The notes beneath the pieces are model-generated. The model saw only the letters and a program-made list of their open reading frames with translations. It was not told where the DNA came from and made no database searches. The position numbers and the translations under genes are program-made. Positions 12,120 to 25,196 of a DNA stretch of 64,000 bases are shown in pieces. The stretch is from Lama glama (lineage: Eukaryota), in the NCBI GenBank assembly GCA_028534125.1, contig CM052817.1, positions 82,462,001-82,526,000 of the forward strand. The letters are read 5' to 3'. Position 1 is the first letter of the stretch. Every line of letters begins with the position of its first letter.

Positions 12120-13870
12120 TTTGATTTAACAAATAATCATTAAGTGCTTTCTATGTGCCAGGCATTGCACTTTGGGTATGCAAATGTGGGTAAAATGTGT
12201 CTTCTAGCCACAAGGTGTTTTCACACGTTTAAATTTTTAAAGACGCCTGAGTGTTAACAGGAGCTACCGAAGTTCACAGAGGTTAGCATAGGTGGGCGGA
12301 GGAAAGGGTCTGTGGTTTGACCTGTGGAGAGTTCCAGAAAAATTCTCAGAATGAAGACAGTATTCAAAACTCTCTGGGAATGTTTAAGAGGATTTATTCA
12401 CCAGATAGCTGGAACCTGGAAGAACATGAGCTTTCCAGGCAGAGGGGAAAAGTTGGCATAGAGGCGCAAAGCTCTGAAACAGCCTGCTAGGCATGGTGCA
12501 TTCTTTTTTTTTTTTTTTTCGACAGTGATCTTCTGAATATCCTTTTTATTTCCATTCTTGTTTTCAGCTGTGCTGGGGAGGGGGGTGACCTCAAGTGTAT
12601 GAATTTAGAAACACTCAAGTAACTTCTCTCCAGAGCCATCGGCACTGTGCTCAGTTTGTTCTGTCAAGAGTTCTATCAGTACAGGTAACCTTGCAAATTC
12701 CTTACCTGAGAGCTGAAGTGTTTCAGTTGTGTGCTTCACTGTAAATGTATTTTTGTTTGTTTTTTTAGAAAAATAGCAGATTTATTGAGATGATTCACAT
12801 ACCACAAAACTCACCCTTTAACGTGTATAATTCAGTGTTCTTTTAAAAGTATATTCATGAAGTTAGATGCATTCTTTATTCAGTTATTCAGCAAAGAATT
12901 TTTGAGTGCCAGATCCTGTAGACACTGTACTGAACAAAACAAAATTTCTGGTTTCATAAAATGTAGATGATCGAAAAATAAGTTAATATATGTAATATCT
13001 CAGGCAGTGAATAATCCTATATAGACAAGCAAAGTGAAGAATCTGAAAAGAAATAAATGTTCATGTATGATGAAGCATTATGCTGTACACCAGAAATTGA
13101 CACAACAGTGTAAGCTGACTGTATGTCAATTTAAAAAAAAATTTAAAAAGCAAAGCACTGTAAGAGGATCCAGAGGGACTGGGGAAGTGGTACCACTGTA
13201 TACGGCTAGTCCTTTGAGAAAATGACATTTGGGTAAAGACTTGCAGGAAGTGAGTGAGAAGCAGGGTAGAATAACCTTACAAATAGAAGAAAGAGAAAGG
13301 GCAAAGACTTTGAGGCAGGAGTGTGGGTAACGTGTTTGAGAAACAGTAAGGAGGCCAGTGTGGCTGACATGGAGTGAGGGAGGGAGAGAGAATTAGGACT
13401 TGAAAGAGAGGTGACAGGAGAAAAGAGAAGTGGAAAGAACAGGAATGGCCTTTTAGTGCATGGGAAGAATTTTGGATTTTATAACCGATTGGAGGATTTT
13501 GAACAAAGATGTGCTTTTATCTGATTTAAATTTTAGAGAACTCTGGCTAATATGTGATTAGATTACAAGGCGTGGGTAGAAGTGGGGAAACAAAACATGA
13601 AGTTTTCCCAGTCATCTACATGACAGATACCAGTGATGGCACCAGGACAGTAGCATTTATAAAGCAAGAAGTGGTCCGATTCAGAATGCATTTTGAAGGT
13701 ATTGTTAACAGGATTGGCTGATAGACATGGAAAATGAAAGGCAGACCTCTAAGGTGACTCCCTAGTTTTAGAGACTGAGCAACTGAAACACAGTGTTTCT
13801 CTTTAGTGTGATGATTAGATTAGTACTGAGAAACTGAGTTTGTTCTGGACAAGTTAAGTTCAAGCACAGG
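12120..13870. mobile_element. Decayed L2 fragments with small nested L1 ends
   Basis: aacaaataatcattaagtgc..tgtgccaggcattg; gaggcaggagtgtg..gtttgagaaacagtaaggaggccagtgtggct. Confidence 0.7.
13035..13147 (+). mobile_element. Short 5'-truncated young L1 3' end
   Basis: tgctgtacaccagaaattgacacaac plus A tail; TSD AAGCAAAG at 13027-13034 and 13148-13155. Confidence 0.8.
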
Positions 13871-14593
13871 CGTATTCTAGTACCAGTGAGCTGTTTGGTA
13901 TGACCGGAGCATCAGACTCAAAGGAGCAAATAGGGCTGGAAGGTGAGTAGACTGTCACATGTATGTACACCAAGGACATGGGTACTTTATCTTCCCAGAC
14001 TACAAGTGGCCTGTGTTAAATGATAAGCATCTCTTCTTTTGTAGCACTCAGTACTTCAAAATACTGTCTGTTTCTGGCACCCACACCTCTTGTAGCCAGA
14101 TGGATGATTGGAAACCAACAGCTCTGTATTTGCTTCGTTGCTCACCTCTTAACTAGGGACTTTGCTTTGGGGGAGTTTGTTTTTAATTTAACAAGAAGAA
14201 GTAAGTTGAAGATATGTTGGAAGTAAAAGGAGAAAGATAGCTTGAGACCAGATAAGTGAGGATCTTGAAAATTAGCATAGTTTAGACTTTATGGGTAAAT
14301 GTGCATATTAGTGAAACTAAATATCATGATGAAAACTGTAAAGAAGCTTAATCTAGCAACAATATCAAAGCTAGATGGACCTGAAGAAGACTTCTACTAG
14401 GACTAGAGTTAATCAGACTGGCGATATGAGACAGACTGGCAAAGACCACAACAAGAGATGTCTGATCTCTTCTCCCATTTTTTGATTATTATTTTTTGTG
14501 GCATATTATCCAATTATGACATTTAACAACATCTCTTCAGTTGCCAAAAGGAAAATTTAGAATCACATTTTCTTTACCCCATTCTATAACCAG

Positions 14594-14807
14594 TTGGTTG
14601 CCAAATACTATATATCCCCAGTTTTTAGTGGGTTTTTTTTTTTAACCTTTTTCTTGATTCTCTTACTACTACCCACGTTCAAGAAATGTTTTCTGCTAAA
14701 ATCAGATGTGTGCAGTTACCTTTTGAGCTTGAAACAAGCAGACTGGAATTTTCCTCTGGTACCTCTTGTGTATAAAATCTTGTTTATGAAATTTCAAAAG
14801 GAAGTAG
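14594..14807 (+). pseudogene. Exon remnant: TM2 region
   Basis: Ends LVPLVYKILFMKFQKEV-G|gtaaac (phase 1), compatible with the next exon. Resembles LLCNIMFF. 5' boundary uncertain. Confidence 0.4.
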
Positions 14808-15149
14808 GTAAACTAGGGAAGAATCTTAATTCTAAATTTGGTTCATTGAGTAGCAGAGTTCTTAGCTTCTAAGGGTATTAAATTTTCTTCAAAAAACGGG
14901 AAAAAAAATCATGTTTTGCCACTACAGATCTCTCCCTCAACTTAGATGAAATCATTGCTACCCACTCCTATAGAAATAATGCTCTCCATGGTTGAGAGAC
15001 TTTCTCGATGAGGTATCTTGTTTAACTTAGTACTCAGTGCTGTGCTTAGTTTCCTTCCTGGTGGGAACCCAGCATGTGATCATGGAATGAATAGATGAAA
15101 TGAAATTTTAAAACTTAGCTATTACTTTTGTTTTTCATTTTTCTTGTAG

Positions 15150-15242
15150 GAATACTTACACTTAGTATTCCCCTTTCCCCCTTGTTTATATCATCTCCCA
15201 TTAGTAAGTATATTCACTGGTTTAAAAATAAACACTATAAAG
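15150..15242 (+). pseudogene. Exon remnant (open frame): TM3
   Basis: Strong acceptor tttttcttgtag, 93 nt, phase 1-1, donor gtattt. ILTLSIPLSPLFISSPISKYIHWFKNKHYK resembles ILMFPINLLIVQIFQN. Confidence 0.6.
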
Positions 15243-16745
15243 GTATTTATTTCCTTCCTTCATCCTACAATGTACCTCTCATTCAGACAATAGAAATGTT
15301 AAATATGTGAGGGGATTAGAAAGAAAGCCTCACTTGAGGCTTATTGTTTTGTATTCATAAATGTGATTTCTGACACACAGTCATTGAAAATGTTATGCTT
15401 TAACAAAGTCATTGAATTTCTATACATAAATTTAGCTCAGGTCACCCATGAACGAAATCAGTAGCTATGATCTTAAGTGGTATATGAATGAAATATATTG
15501 TAGGGTGAATGAACTATTTTCCCTAGTTTCAAACTAAAATTGCATCATTTCTGAATTGATGAATTAGCTGTCATGATACATGGTAACTTAGAAATGATAA
15601 TTCTTCTTTCAGTGGAGTTTCAAGAATATAGATTAAACCTGTTACTTCTTCTGAGTGAAAATGGCACTACTTGCTTCACTACAATTTTTTGAAATAAGCT
15701 AAACAAGGCAGTACATGAGAGGATTTGAAAATACTCATTGTCAATTTTGAGAAATTACGGGGAATCTCTCTTCTGGTGTAGATAAGAGATGCCATGTTTG
15801 TCTTAACAATAAAATCAAGTAAAATACAAATTTTTAAAACTTCAGTAGCAAGATCATCTACATTTTCTTTTTATTTTTGTTTCCAAGAATAAAACAATTG
15901 AAAAAAAACGCCTTTTTCTTTCTCTATCCCATTATTTGGCTGAATTCAACATGATACACCATACATTTTCATAACATTACATATTTCCAAATGTTTTCCT
16001 CAAAAATAACTTTTAGGTACAATTGTTATTGTAGTTATAGCAGGGTTGATGACTTTGTGTGATATATACATGAAAGACAACTTTCATTTTAAAAGGATCT
16101 ATTTTAAAAAATTTGTTTTTTTCTGTAATTATATGTAAATGTGAAATATATCTGATACTTCAGAATCTCAAATATTTTTACTGTTAAAAATTTTATATGA
16201 GTCATTCTGCTTCTTCATTCATCACAATTAAAGAAAATTATACATTTTACAACTGTCAAACTTTTAGTGAATGTATATACATTTTATTAATAATTTTATG
16301 TAGCTATATATGTATTTTGTGAATCTATTCTAGATTGAAAAACTCTAGGTAAAAAATAGAAAATAGTAACTTAGCAAGAAATCAGTATCATAAAATGTTC
16401 AAAACACATTTGAAGTATGATTAGAAAGTATGTCATAAAGTTGGAATATAATTATGAATAATAATTAAAAAGGTAATAATACTCTTTGAAAAGCTTAGTT
16501 TTTAGTGGTTTCCTAAGTATATATTCCACCCTCTTTTGTTGAAGAATTTGCCACTAGTTAGTATTTGACAAATTTGTGTATAAATTAATTTTAATCTAAC
16601 ATGTTTTAATAATTGTTATGATATTAATAAAACCATATTTAAATATTACATTTCTCCAAGTGAAATTTGATTATATGGCTTGCAACTTCTCTAGTAGATT
16701 TGTGTTAAAAAAAATTAAGGTCAAGTGAGTCTTAATTCTTTTCAG

Positions 16746-16830
16746 ACTGCTTGTGACTCAGTGCTGGTTTATTGGGAAATAGATTAAAATTTATGTTGCA
16801 ATACCATTCACTCTCACAATATCTTTCTAG
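16746..16830 (+). pseudogene. Exon remnant: TM4
   Basis: Acceptor ttcttttcag. LLVTQCWFIGK*IKIYVAIPFTLTISF resembles GLPWWCILVGWLLV...FFTMLY. Donor degenerate. Confidence 0.5.
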
Positions 16831-17084
16831 GCTCTTGAGAATAACAGCTGCTTATATTTTAAGAATTTAAAACAAAATAGAAAAAAAGATAAAAAGAAAG
16901 GGGAAAAAAAGAGCCTTAATTCATCTTTCTCACCATGGGAACAGTTTTAGAGCAAAATATATTTTATTTACTAATATTCTTCATATATATTAATGGTACC
17001 ATACTGAGTAATGCAGTGTTATAAGCAAATAAGTGGTCATTTCATTCAACTCTTAAGAAAAGTGGTCATTCTTTAGTGGGTGGG

Positions 17085-17525
17085 GAGTGTAACTGTTGCT
17101 TGCTACCCCTTCTGTCCATCTTCCGCTTTGTAATAGGTCTCCCTGAATTTTTGCTGTGTGTACGTTGATCCAATAGGATTAACAGTAAGAAATAAAATTA
17201 ATAGTAAGAAATGACTACATTTCTAACTTGACTCGCAGGCAGGTATAGCCTTGTGTGTACATTTAGGATAAAAAATATATCAGGAAAAACTGTTGTAACT
17301 CTTCATGTCATTACTTAGAAAGACGGAGATGCTCTTGCCATGTGCTTGGGGAAGGGCAACTCCAGAAACATTGTAAGTCGGCTAGTGAAGATGGCAGAAC
17401 CACTCTGCCAGGTGGTGACTGCTCAATTTAGACTGTTACATGAGAGAGAAATGTTTCCTCCATATTTGAACACAGTATTTTGGAATCTCTTTGTTACAGC
17501 AGCTTAACTTCCACTAAACAGATAA
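17085..17525 (+). mobile_element. Old ERVL-type solo LTR fragment
   Basis: Ends gactgttacatgagagagaaat..ctctttgttacagcagc. Confidence 0.5.
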
Positions 17526-18109
17526 AGTATTCAAATGCTATTACTAATGGAAAATCTTTACAAATGTTCAGTGTACATAGCATAATACAATAAAAGTATC
17601 CTGAAAGTTACTGGATTCTATGCATATTTGTATAATCCTAAAGCTTTGTCTACATTGCAAATACCAGTTTCTTTTTTATATATGTGGAACAAGGCCAGGA
17701 ATGAAAAGGAAAGAAGGGGTGGGAATAAACAAGAGGATAAATAATCGAATTAGAAATAAAAGGAAGTTGGAGGATATAAAATTTTGAAATTTTAGAAGAT
17801 AAGAGTAGCCTAAACTATTGGTATGTGATGAGAAACAGTTCAGATAAAAATGATTTCAATAAAAAATCCTTTAAATACATGATCTCCTTCCATGATCTTT
17901 TTCTTAATATAAGCAGAAAATTACCTCCGTGTAATCCAGGAAGAACACTATACTTAATTAAATGATTAAATTAATAGCTTCTAAAGATAATCCATGCTGA
18001 GTGTGAATGAAGGGAGGCATATGTAACTAGCTTTTAAGAATAAATATGTATGTTTTGTTTTTTGAAAATATAATTTAATTTAATATCAAAATAATATTTA
18101 TTTCTGACT

Positions 18110-18207
18110 GTATGTTTGAGATACTGAAAAGTTTAAAGGGCTAAGCTTCTATGAATTCTTTGTAGGTGGTCAAATTTTAAATGAACCTGAAATTATTAAT
18201 TTCATCT
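18110..18207 (+). pseudogene. Exon remnant: TM5
   Basis: MFEILKSLKG*ASMNSL then (frameshift) QILNEPEIINFI resembles YGYDKSIEWLFASFCSF..VQPSKII. Donor gtaagt at 18208. Confidence 0.45.
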
Positions 18208-18476
18208 GTAAGTAAAGAGCTTGAATAAGAAACCCAAGGCATTTTAAGTAACAGGATTCCTATCAGTTAGCATTGAACTGTCACTTATTAAAATGTGACA
18301 GAAAGATGGGATCTTTAGACTCTAACATACTTTTTTTTGAGCACATACGAAGTGCTAAAGCCAAATGTTTTAAAATGTCGTATCCCCTTCTTTGAGGCTC
18401 AACTTTGCATCAGATAATTTTTCATGAATAATGGCAAATTTCACAGCTCTGATTTTCTTTTTTATTTTTCTTGCAG

Positions 18477-18521
18477 AAAATTCATAAAATAAAACCACAT
18501 TGCTTTAAAGCAGAACACATG
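18477..18521 (+). pseudogene. Exon remnant (open frame): pre-S1 cytoplasmic helix
   Basis: Strong acceptor tttttcttgcag, 45 nt, phase 0-0, donor gttagt. KIHKIKPHCFKAEHM resembles AIEKMKTTHLKEQK. Confidence 0.55.
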
Positions 18522-18776
18522 GTTAGTTTTTAGGAGAGAAGTGAAAAATCTCTAGTTTGTCTACCAGTGTAATTATTGGCAGCCGTTAAATCTATATACA
18601 ACATAAGGCATAAATTAGCTGATCACCAACATGTGTGTAGCCACAAGGTAACCAATATTAAATGTGGGGGAAAGGGAGGAAATGAAACAGGTTAATAGGT
18701 GATGACAAAGAGATAAGATGTTTAGTTCTTTGACTAGGTTTTGCAACATGTCATTTGTTTTAGTCTTCAATGCCAG

Positions 18777-18930
18777 TTGTTACTCAACATTCTTATGAAA
18801 AGAGTCATTTTATGATATCAGTTTTCATTTTTAGTGGCCGTCTTGCACGGTAAACTGCATTTGGACAAGAAAAAAGAAAATGGCAACAAATGCAAATAGG
18901 GCCACATTGTTCTAAGAGCAAAAGACTAAT
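18777..18930 (+). pseudogene. Exon remnant: S1 (TM6)
   Basis: tgccag|LLLNILMKRVIL*YQFSFLVAVLHGK resembles LIREILAYLGFLWMLLLVAYGQ. Later (frameshift) ATNANRATLF. 3' end uncertain. Confidence 0.45.
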
Positions 18931-19539
18931 GTTAAGTCACTCTGTCAACATAGATTCAGAGCCTAAAGGGGGGAAAAAAAAGTAAAGTGCCGTAAGTGAT
19001 TTGTTTCACTGTCCAATTTTGCTGAGGACTCTACTTCCGCAATTAGGAGCTGATGACAGCTCACCATATTTAACTTGAACGTGTAGGTTCTTTTTAACAA
19101 ATTTGTGGGAAAAGAACATCGACGAAGATTTTCACATTTTACAAACTATGCCCAAATACTAAAGTTTCAGAGTTATCAAAGAATAACTTAGATGAAAATA
19201 TAAAATGTATAATAGGCTATCCTTCATACATAAATATAATATTACTGACCCACTGTCCGGACAGCACACACGACTTTCTTTCCATTGGTGATGATGTATT
19301 TACATTCTTAAATTCACAACTTCACTTATCCCTCTGTGATCAAAGATGCCTGATGGGGAACTGTCATGTGTATCTTGGGGCAGACGGAAGCTGACTGGAA
19401 CTCAGGAAACTTAACTGCATCACTAACACTCATTAGTATGGCAAAGCAACCAGAGACCAAAAAAAAAAAAAAAAAAGAAGAAGAAAAAGCACTAAGACAA
19501 ACATTGCTAAAGCTGAATTTTAACTCATAAAAGCTGACA

Positions 19540-20312
19540 TTTGTTTAATATTTGCAATTTACAAATGATTTTTATATCCATTTTCTTATTCAAAACCATG
19601 CTATTCCTACTAAGCAGGACTTATAATCACATCTATGTTAAAGACTTGAAATTGTGACCCAGAGAAGTTATGTAGTTAAGTCAGATTCAGGAGACAGAAT
19701 TTTATGGTGGCTAAAACCTGGCCTTTGGTCTGAATTCAAGTCCTGAGTCTACCTCCAAAAGAAGCTTTATGACCTTCTGTAAAGTCAGTTATGGTCCCAG
19801 CCTCAATACCTCTATCTATAAAATTGGGGTTAAAAACAGCATCTAGTTTATAAAGATGTTGAGAAAATTATATGGGCTAATCCTCTAAAGTGCTTAGTCA
19901 GTATTAGACCTGCTCTGAACAATGGCAGTCTTACTACTGCTATTACTATTACTCTTATTATTACTATTGTCATCATTACCCAGATATTCATGATCACCTC
20001 AGTACATCCTGCTTGAAATTGTGATAAGATCATTTATTTTAAATTAATATTTTATATAAAGTATAAAATTTCAAGTACATGATGTTCGACTGTCAATATT
20101 GTTATTCTTAAGTCAAAGAGATAGATTCTAACCCTGGCTTTGTCACCCTTTAAAGTGTTGTTAGTCCTATTTAACCTTGAGTCTCCATTTCCACTTTTGT
20201 TATATTGGGCTGTTAGTACCTGCTTTGCCATACTTGCTGAATTGTGAGGATCAAGTGAATAAGGACATTGAAAACTGGAAAGTACTGCACATGTGTAAAG
20301 TATCATTAGTAT
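19540..20312. mobile_element. Cluster of MIR SINEs
   Basis: cctcaatacctctatctataaaattgggg; ttgtgaggatcaagtgaataa. Confidence 0.65.
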
Positions 20313-20316
20313 TTAG

Positions 20317-20405
20317 GAAATAATTGTGGAGAAGTCGAAACTTACCATAGAATTTCTTTGGCTTCTCACCATCTGGTATTGCCTTACCAACCTTCAACTG
20401 AATTG
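20317..20405 (+). pseudogene. Exon remnant: start of TOP domain
   Basis: GEVETYH[fs]EFLWLL[fs]HLVLPY resembles FSEIK..DF..W..LLP.LY. Boundaries uncertain; a MIR lies immediately upstream. Confidence 0.4.
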
Positions 20406-20488
20406 TGCCTTACCATGTTCAAATGAAGAAGAAAGAAAATGTCTTTCAGTCTCAGTAATTTGTATTTGCAAACATTTTCCTCTCAAAG

Positions 20489-20567
20489 TAATTTTAAGAA
20501 AATTAGAGACATTATTAGGTAACCATCGAGCAAGATACTGAAGTACCTGATTGATTTCATGTTCAAT
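20489..20567 (+). pseudogene. Exon remnant: TOP-domain LLG..R.RQ.R...SC motif
   Basis: ctctcaaag|ILRKLETLLGNHRARY*ST*LISCS-AT|gtgatc has the same spacing as PKD2-type LLGVPRIRQLRVRNGSCSI. Stops at 20539 and 20548. Phase 2 joins 30522 to restore ATC (SCSI). Confidence 0.7.
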
Positions 20568-21314
20568 GTGATCACAGGAGTTAAAATGATGAGATAAAAT
20601 GAAACCTTTTAGCCAGCACATGTGTTTCATTGTGTGTTAAGTTGTAAAATCCCCATTTCTGAATTTTAAAGTAATTTCTCTTTTGACTCTTCTCAACAAA
20701 AGTAGTTTTGAACATGTGGTAAAGTGTTAAACAGTACAGCTGTAGAGGGGTTGAGATTAACTCCAGTCTGCCTTCTGATTTGTTAACAAATATATCAGCT
20801 CCATTTTGATTTGGATCTTTTCAATTGATAAGAGCTAATAAGAAATGGCTTCAATTTTTAGTCCCTGCATCAGAAATTAGAGCTTCAGTGAGAAATAAAA
20901 ATTGACCTTGCGAATAAATTGTGTTTCTTTGAAGCGATACTCAAGAATGTAGAGTTTACAAAGAGAAGCAACCTAACACATAACATTTGTTGAATATTTA
21001 TGTAACAACTCCTTGGTGCAAATACAGCAGTGAACAAATCAATAAGAATCTGTGTCCTATATAGTTTACATTCTCAATGTATTATGCAAGGTAACAGAAA
21101 AGACAAAGACATATTTTTTTCATGGTTATATATGAGTTTAGCAGAATACTTTAAAACCACTCCCTTTGTATGTTTTCAGAGATGTTTATAAAACACTTAC
21201 TGAAAGGTGAATGAAAACCTTTGGGTTATTTGAAGATTGCTGAAGGAAATGTTTCTGTAGATCTTAGAGCAGATAAAATTAACACACTTTCAGTAAATTT
21301 GGAAATCCAGAGTA

Positions 21315-21780
21315 TGCCACGCGGATGGCCCTGAATTCTCCCATCTTCTGTCCATAACCATTACTTTAACATCAGAATTAAATAGCTGGCGCCTCCACCA
21401 CTTTCTGTGGTGCGCTCAGAGTTCCCACCTTCTCTGCAAATCCCACCCGTGTTCTCATGCGGAGGGTTACACTTGATTCAGGTCTCGGAAACTGCTGGTG
21501 TGATGGCCTTTCCTGTGACCTCCGCTTCCTAACGATGTGTTCTGTGCCGGACCACACCCAGACTCTTTCAAGCACTCGTTACAGGCCCACTCAGCTGTTT
21601 TCTGTGCCGCGGATTCCTTGCCCTTCTCCCCAACGTTGCTGACTGAAGAGACAAAATTTCTGATACTTTTTTTTACACGGACTATGTTAACATTATCCAA
21701 GTACCTCCCGTTTAGGCCCAGTAAGGCACGTTAGTCTCTTCCGGTACAGGAGAGTAAATCAGTAAGAGCCGATCAGGGGA
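21315..21780. promoter_or_regulatory. CpG-retaining patch, possible enhancer or weak promoter
   Basis: About 19 CpGs in about 455 bp against a CpG-poor background; ETS CTTCCGG near 21738. Confidence 0.4.
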
Positions 21781-24700
21781 ATTTTTTCAAGGAAGAGACA
21801 GGTTTACTGCTTTTCTTCCCCTAGAAAGATGTACAGGACACACACACATGCATATTCACTTCCACACACACGTGTTTGTGTATTTCTCAGTAGAAAATAC
21901 ACCCCTTTTCTACTCGCCTGTTTTTGTATGACTGTTAGCTGGAGGACATAGAATAAGTTCTGTCTTCACTGAATATTTACGTGGTTTGGACAAATTAACT
22001 GATATTAGCTTAGTTGAATTAACTAAGAAATCAGAAATACTCTGTCAGAGGAGTTTGGGGATAGTTATATGAGGTAACAAACGTGAAATACAGATGTTAT
22101 AATTCGCAATCACTCTTCACTTGCAGGAAGGTTAATTCTTCTTTCGTGGTCTCCAAACTCTCCCTTCCCCCTAGTCTGTGTTTGGTCCTGCTGTTTCAGG
22201 TAATTGATTCTTCCCGCTAACTTTACCTGCCTTAGGTCCTTCTAGCCCTCCTGCCTGGAATACTTCTACTTTTGTTTTTAATTTAGTAGAAATTTTGACG
22301 CCATTTTCAATTTTAAAAAATTTAACAGATAGGAGAGTTCACATGCTCTCCCTTTTCCTCTCCCTCCCACAGCTTCCCAATTACTAACATTTTGCATTAG
22401 TGTTGTATATTTGTTAGAACTGAGTAACCAATATTGATACATGATTATTCACTGAAGTTCATAGCTTACATCAGGGTTCACCCTTGGTGGTGTATGTTCT
22501 ATGGGCTTTTACAAATGCATAATGACACGTATCCATCATTATGATACCATCCAGTGTAGTTTCACTGACCTAACTCCTTGCGTTCTGCCTATCCATCTTT
22601 CCCACCAACACCCCCTGGCAAACACTAGTATTTCTACCGTCCCTAAAAGTTTACTTTTCCTAGAATGTGATATAGTTGGAATAATAGTATGTACCCTTTA
22701 AAGACTGACTGCTTTCTCTAAGAAATATGCACTTAAGTTTTCTCTATGTCTTTTTGTTGCTTGATAGCTTATTTCTTTTTAATGCTGAATAATATTCCAT
22801 TGTATGGATGTAGTAGAATTCGATTCACCTATTGAAAGATATTTTAGTTGCTTCTATTTGGAAGCTATGAATAAAATTGCTGTGAGCATTCCTGTGCAAA
22901 TTTTTGTGTTTCCAGCTCATTTGAGCACATACCTAAGATCACAAATGCAGGATCATATGGTGAGACTACACTTAGTTTTCTAGGAAACTGCCAAAATGTC
23001 TCCCAAAGTGGCTGTAGGATTGTTTCATTCCCACTACGAATAAGTGAGAGTTTGAATGAATTTTAGTCATTTCAAAATCACCTTATTTTGAAATTCTCTA
23101 ATAACATACCATGTTGAGCATTTAATATGATTATTTGATATATGTATGTCATCTTTGGTGAGGTGTCTGTACTGATTTCTCTCCCGTTTTTAAATTGGTT
23201 TTTTTTTTTCAGTTTTAAGTGTTCTTTTTATATTTTGAATATAAGCTCTTTATCATCTATGTGTTTTGCAAATATTTTCTCAGTCTAGAGTTAATCTTTT
23301 TATTTTGTTGGTGGAGAGTTTCACAGAGCAGTTCTAAATTTAATCATATCCAAAACATGAAGTTTTTTCTTTCATGGATCAATGTATCTGTAACTAGTAG
23401 CCAATTCCAATGTCACATTTGATTTTACCCTATATCTTATAGTTTTGTGTTTTCCTTCTTTGTTTGTTTTTTCACCAGTACCACAGTATCTTGATCACTA
23501 TAGCTTTATAGCAAATTTTGAAGTTTGTGAGGTCAGCTCTTAAGCTTTGTTCCTTTGCAGGATTATGCTGGTTATCTGTGGTCTTTTGTGGATTTTGATG
23601 GGGGCTGTGTTGAATCTTTAGGTCAAGTGGGAAGATGTGACATCTTAAAAAGTGTCTTCCCATCAAGGAACGTGGATTATCTATTTAGATTCTTTAATTT
23701 CTTTCATCATAGTTTTCTAGTTATATTAATACAGATCTTATACACCTTTGTTAGATTGATATTCGAGTGTTTCATTATTTTTGGTGATATTGGTATGTGT
23801 ATTTATTTCCAATTTCAATTGTTCATTACTGATGTGATAAGGCAACAATGGACTTTTTGCATATTAATTTTTCTATTTTGCAGCCTTGTTTAATAACTTA
23901 TTTATAGGAGGGTTTTGGTCGATGTTTGAAATCTTTTTTGAATTAACAATTTTGCCATTTGTGAACAGGGCAGTTTTTTTTTTTTAACTCCTTTCCAATA
24001 TGTATTCTAAACTTTTAGTTACTTGTAGTATATTGTTGCATTGGCTGAGACCTCTAGTACGATGTTGAATAGGAGTGCTGTGTTGAAACAGGTTTGCTTT
24101 TTTCCAGGTCTTTGAGGGAAAACATCTGTTTTCTCACCATTAATTATGACTCTAGTTGTAGGTTTTTTGGAGATGTTATTTTTCAAGTTGTGGACATTTC
24201 CCTCTATTCTTAGTTTGCTGAGAGTTTTTGTCATGAATGGGTGTTGAATTTTGTCAAATTATTTTTCTGAATCTATAATGTAATCATACAATTGATTTTT
24301 AGCCTGTTGATATGATGGATTACATTGATTTTTTTAAAGTTTAACCAGGCTTACATACCTGGAATAAATCCCACTTGATTGAAATTATAATTCTATTTCT
24401 ATATTGGTGGAATTGATTTGCTAATATTTTTATGTGTATGTTTATGGCAGAGAAAAACCATCTATATTTTTTCTTCCTTGTAATATCCTTCTATTATTTT
24501 GGTATTGTAACGCTGGCTTCATAGAATGAGTGAAGTGTTTCCTCTGTTTCTATTTTCTGGAACTGACTTATAAAACTGGTATAATTTCTTCCTTAAATGT
24601 TTAGTAAAATTCACCAGTGAAACCATCTGGCCCTGGTGCTTTCTGTTTTGGAAGGTTATCATATTGATTAAATTTCTTTGATATACACTGGCATATTCAG

Positions 24701-25196
24701 ATTATCTATTTCTCCTTGTTTGAGTTTTGGTAGATTGTGTTTCATGGGATTGGTCCATTTTATCTACATTATTAAATTTATGAGCATAGATTTTCTCAAT
24801 ACTCTATTATGGTCCTTTTAATGTTCATGGGCTCAATCATGGCAGTCCCTTATTTACTTGGTCATGCTCACTGTCACGTGCATGCTCTCTCTTTCCCTCT
24901 CTCCCTCTCTCTTTTTAAGCCTGGTTAGCAACTTGTCAGTTTTATTGATCTTCTTAAGAACCAGATCTTGGTTTCATTTTTTTTTTCTGTTAATCCTGCT
25001 TTCAGTTTCATTAATTTCTGCTGTAATTATGACTTCTTCCCTTCTGATCGCTTCAGGTTTATATTGCTCTTCATTTTCAAGTTTCCTAAAGTAAAAGATT
25101 ATTGATGTTAGATCTTCCTTCTTTTCTATGTATATATTTATATGCAGTTATATAAATTTACCTTTAAAAGGCACTGTAGTTATTTCATTCCACTCA

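Noticed and set aside
18341..18413. Extra pseudogene exon (HIRSAKAKCFKMSYPLL*GSTLHQ)
   Set aside because: Plausible position, but the donor is AT and the following intron would be only 63 nt; too weak to list.
21180..21292. Alternative candidate for the LLG..R.RQ exon (LLKGE*KPLGYLKI)
   Set aside because: 20489-20567 fits the motif and phase better, and this one ends out of phase.
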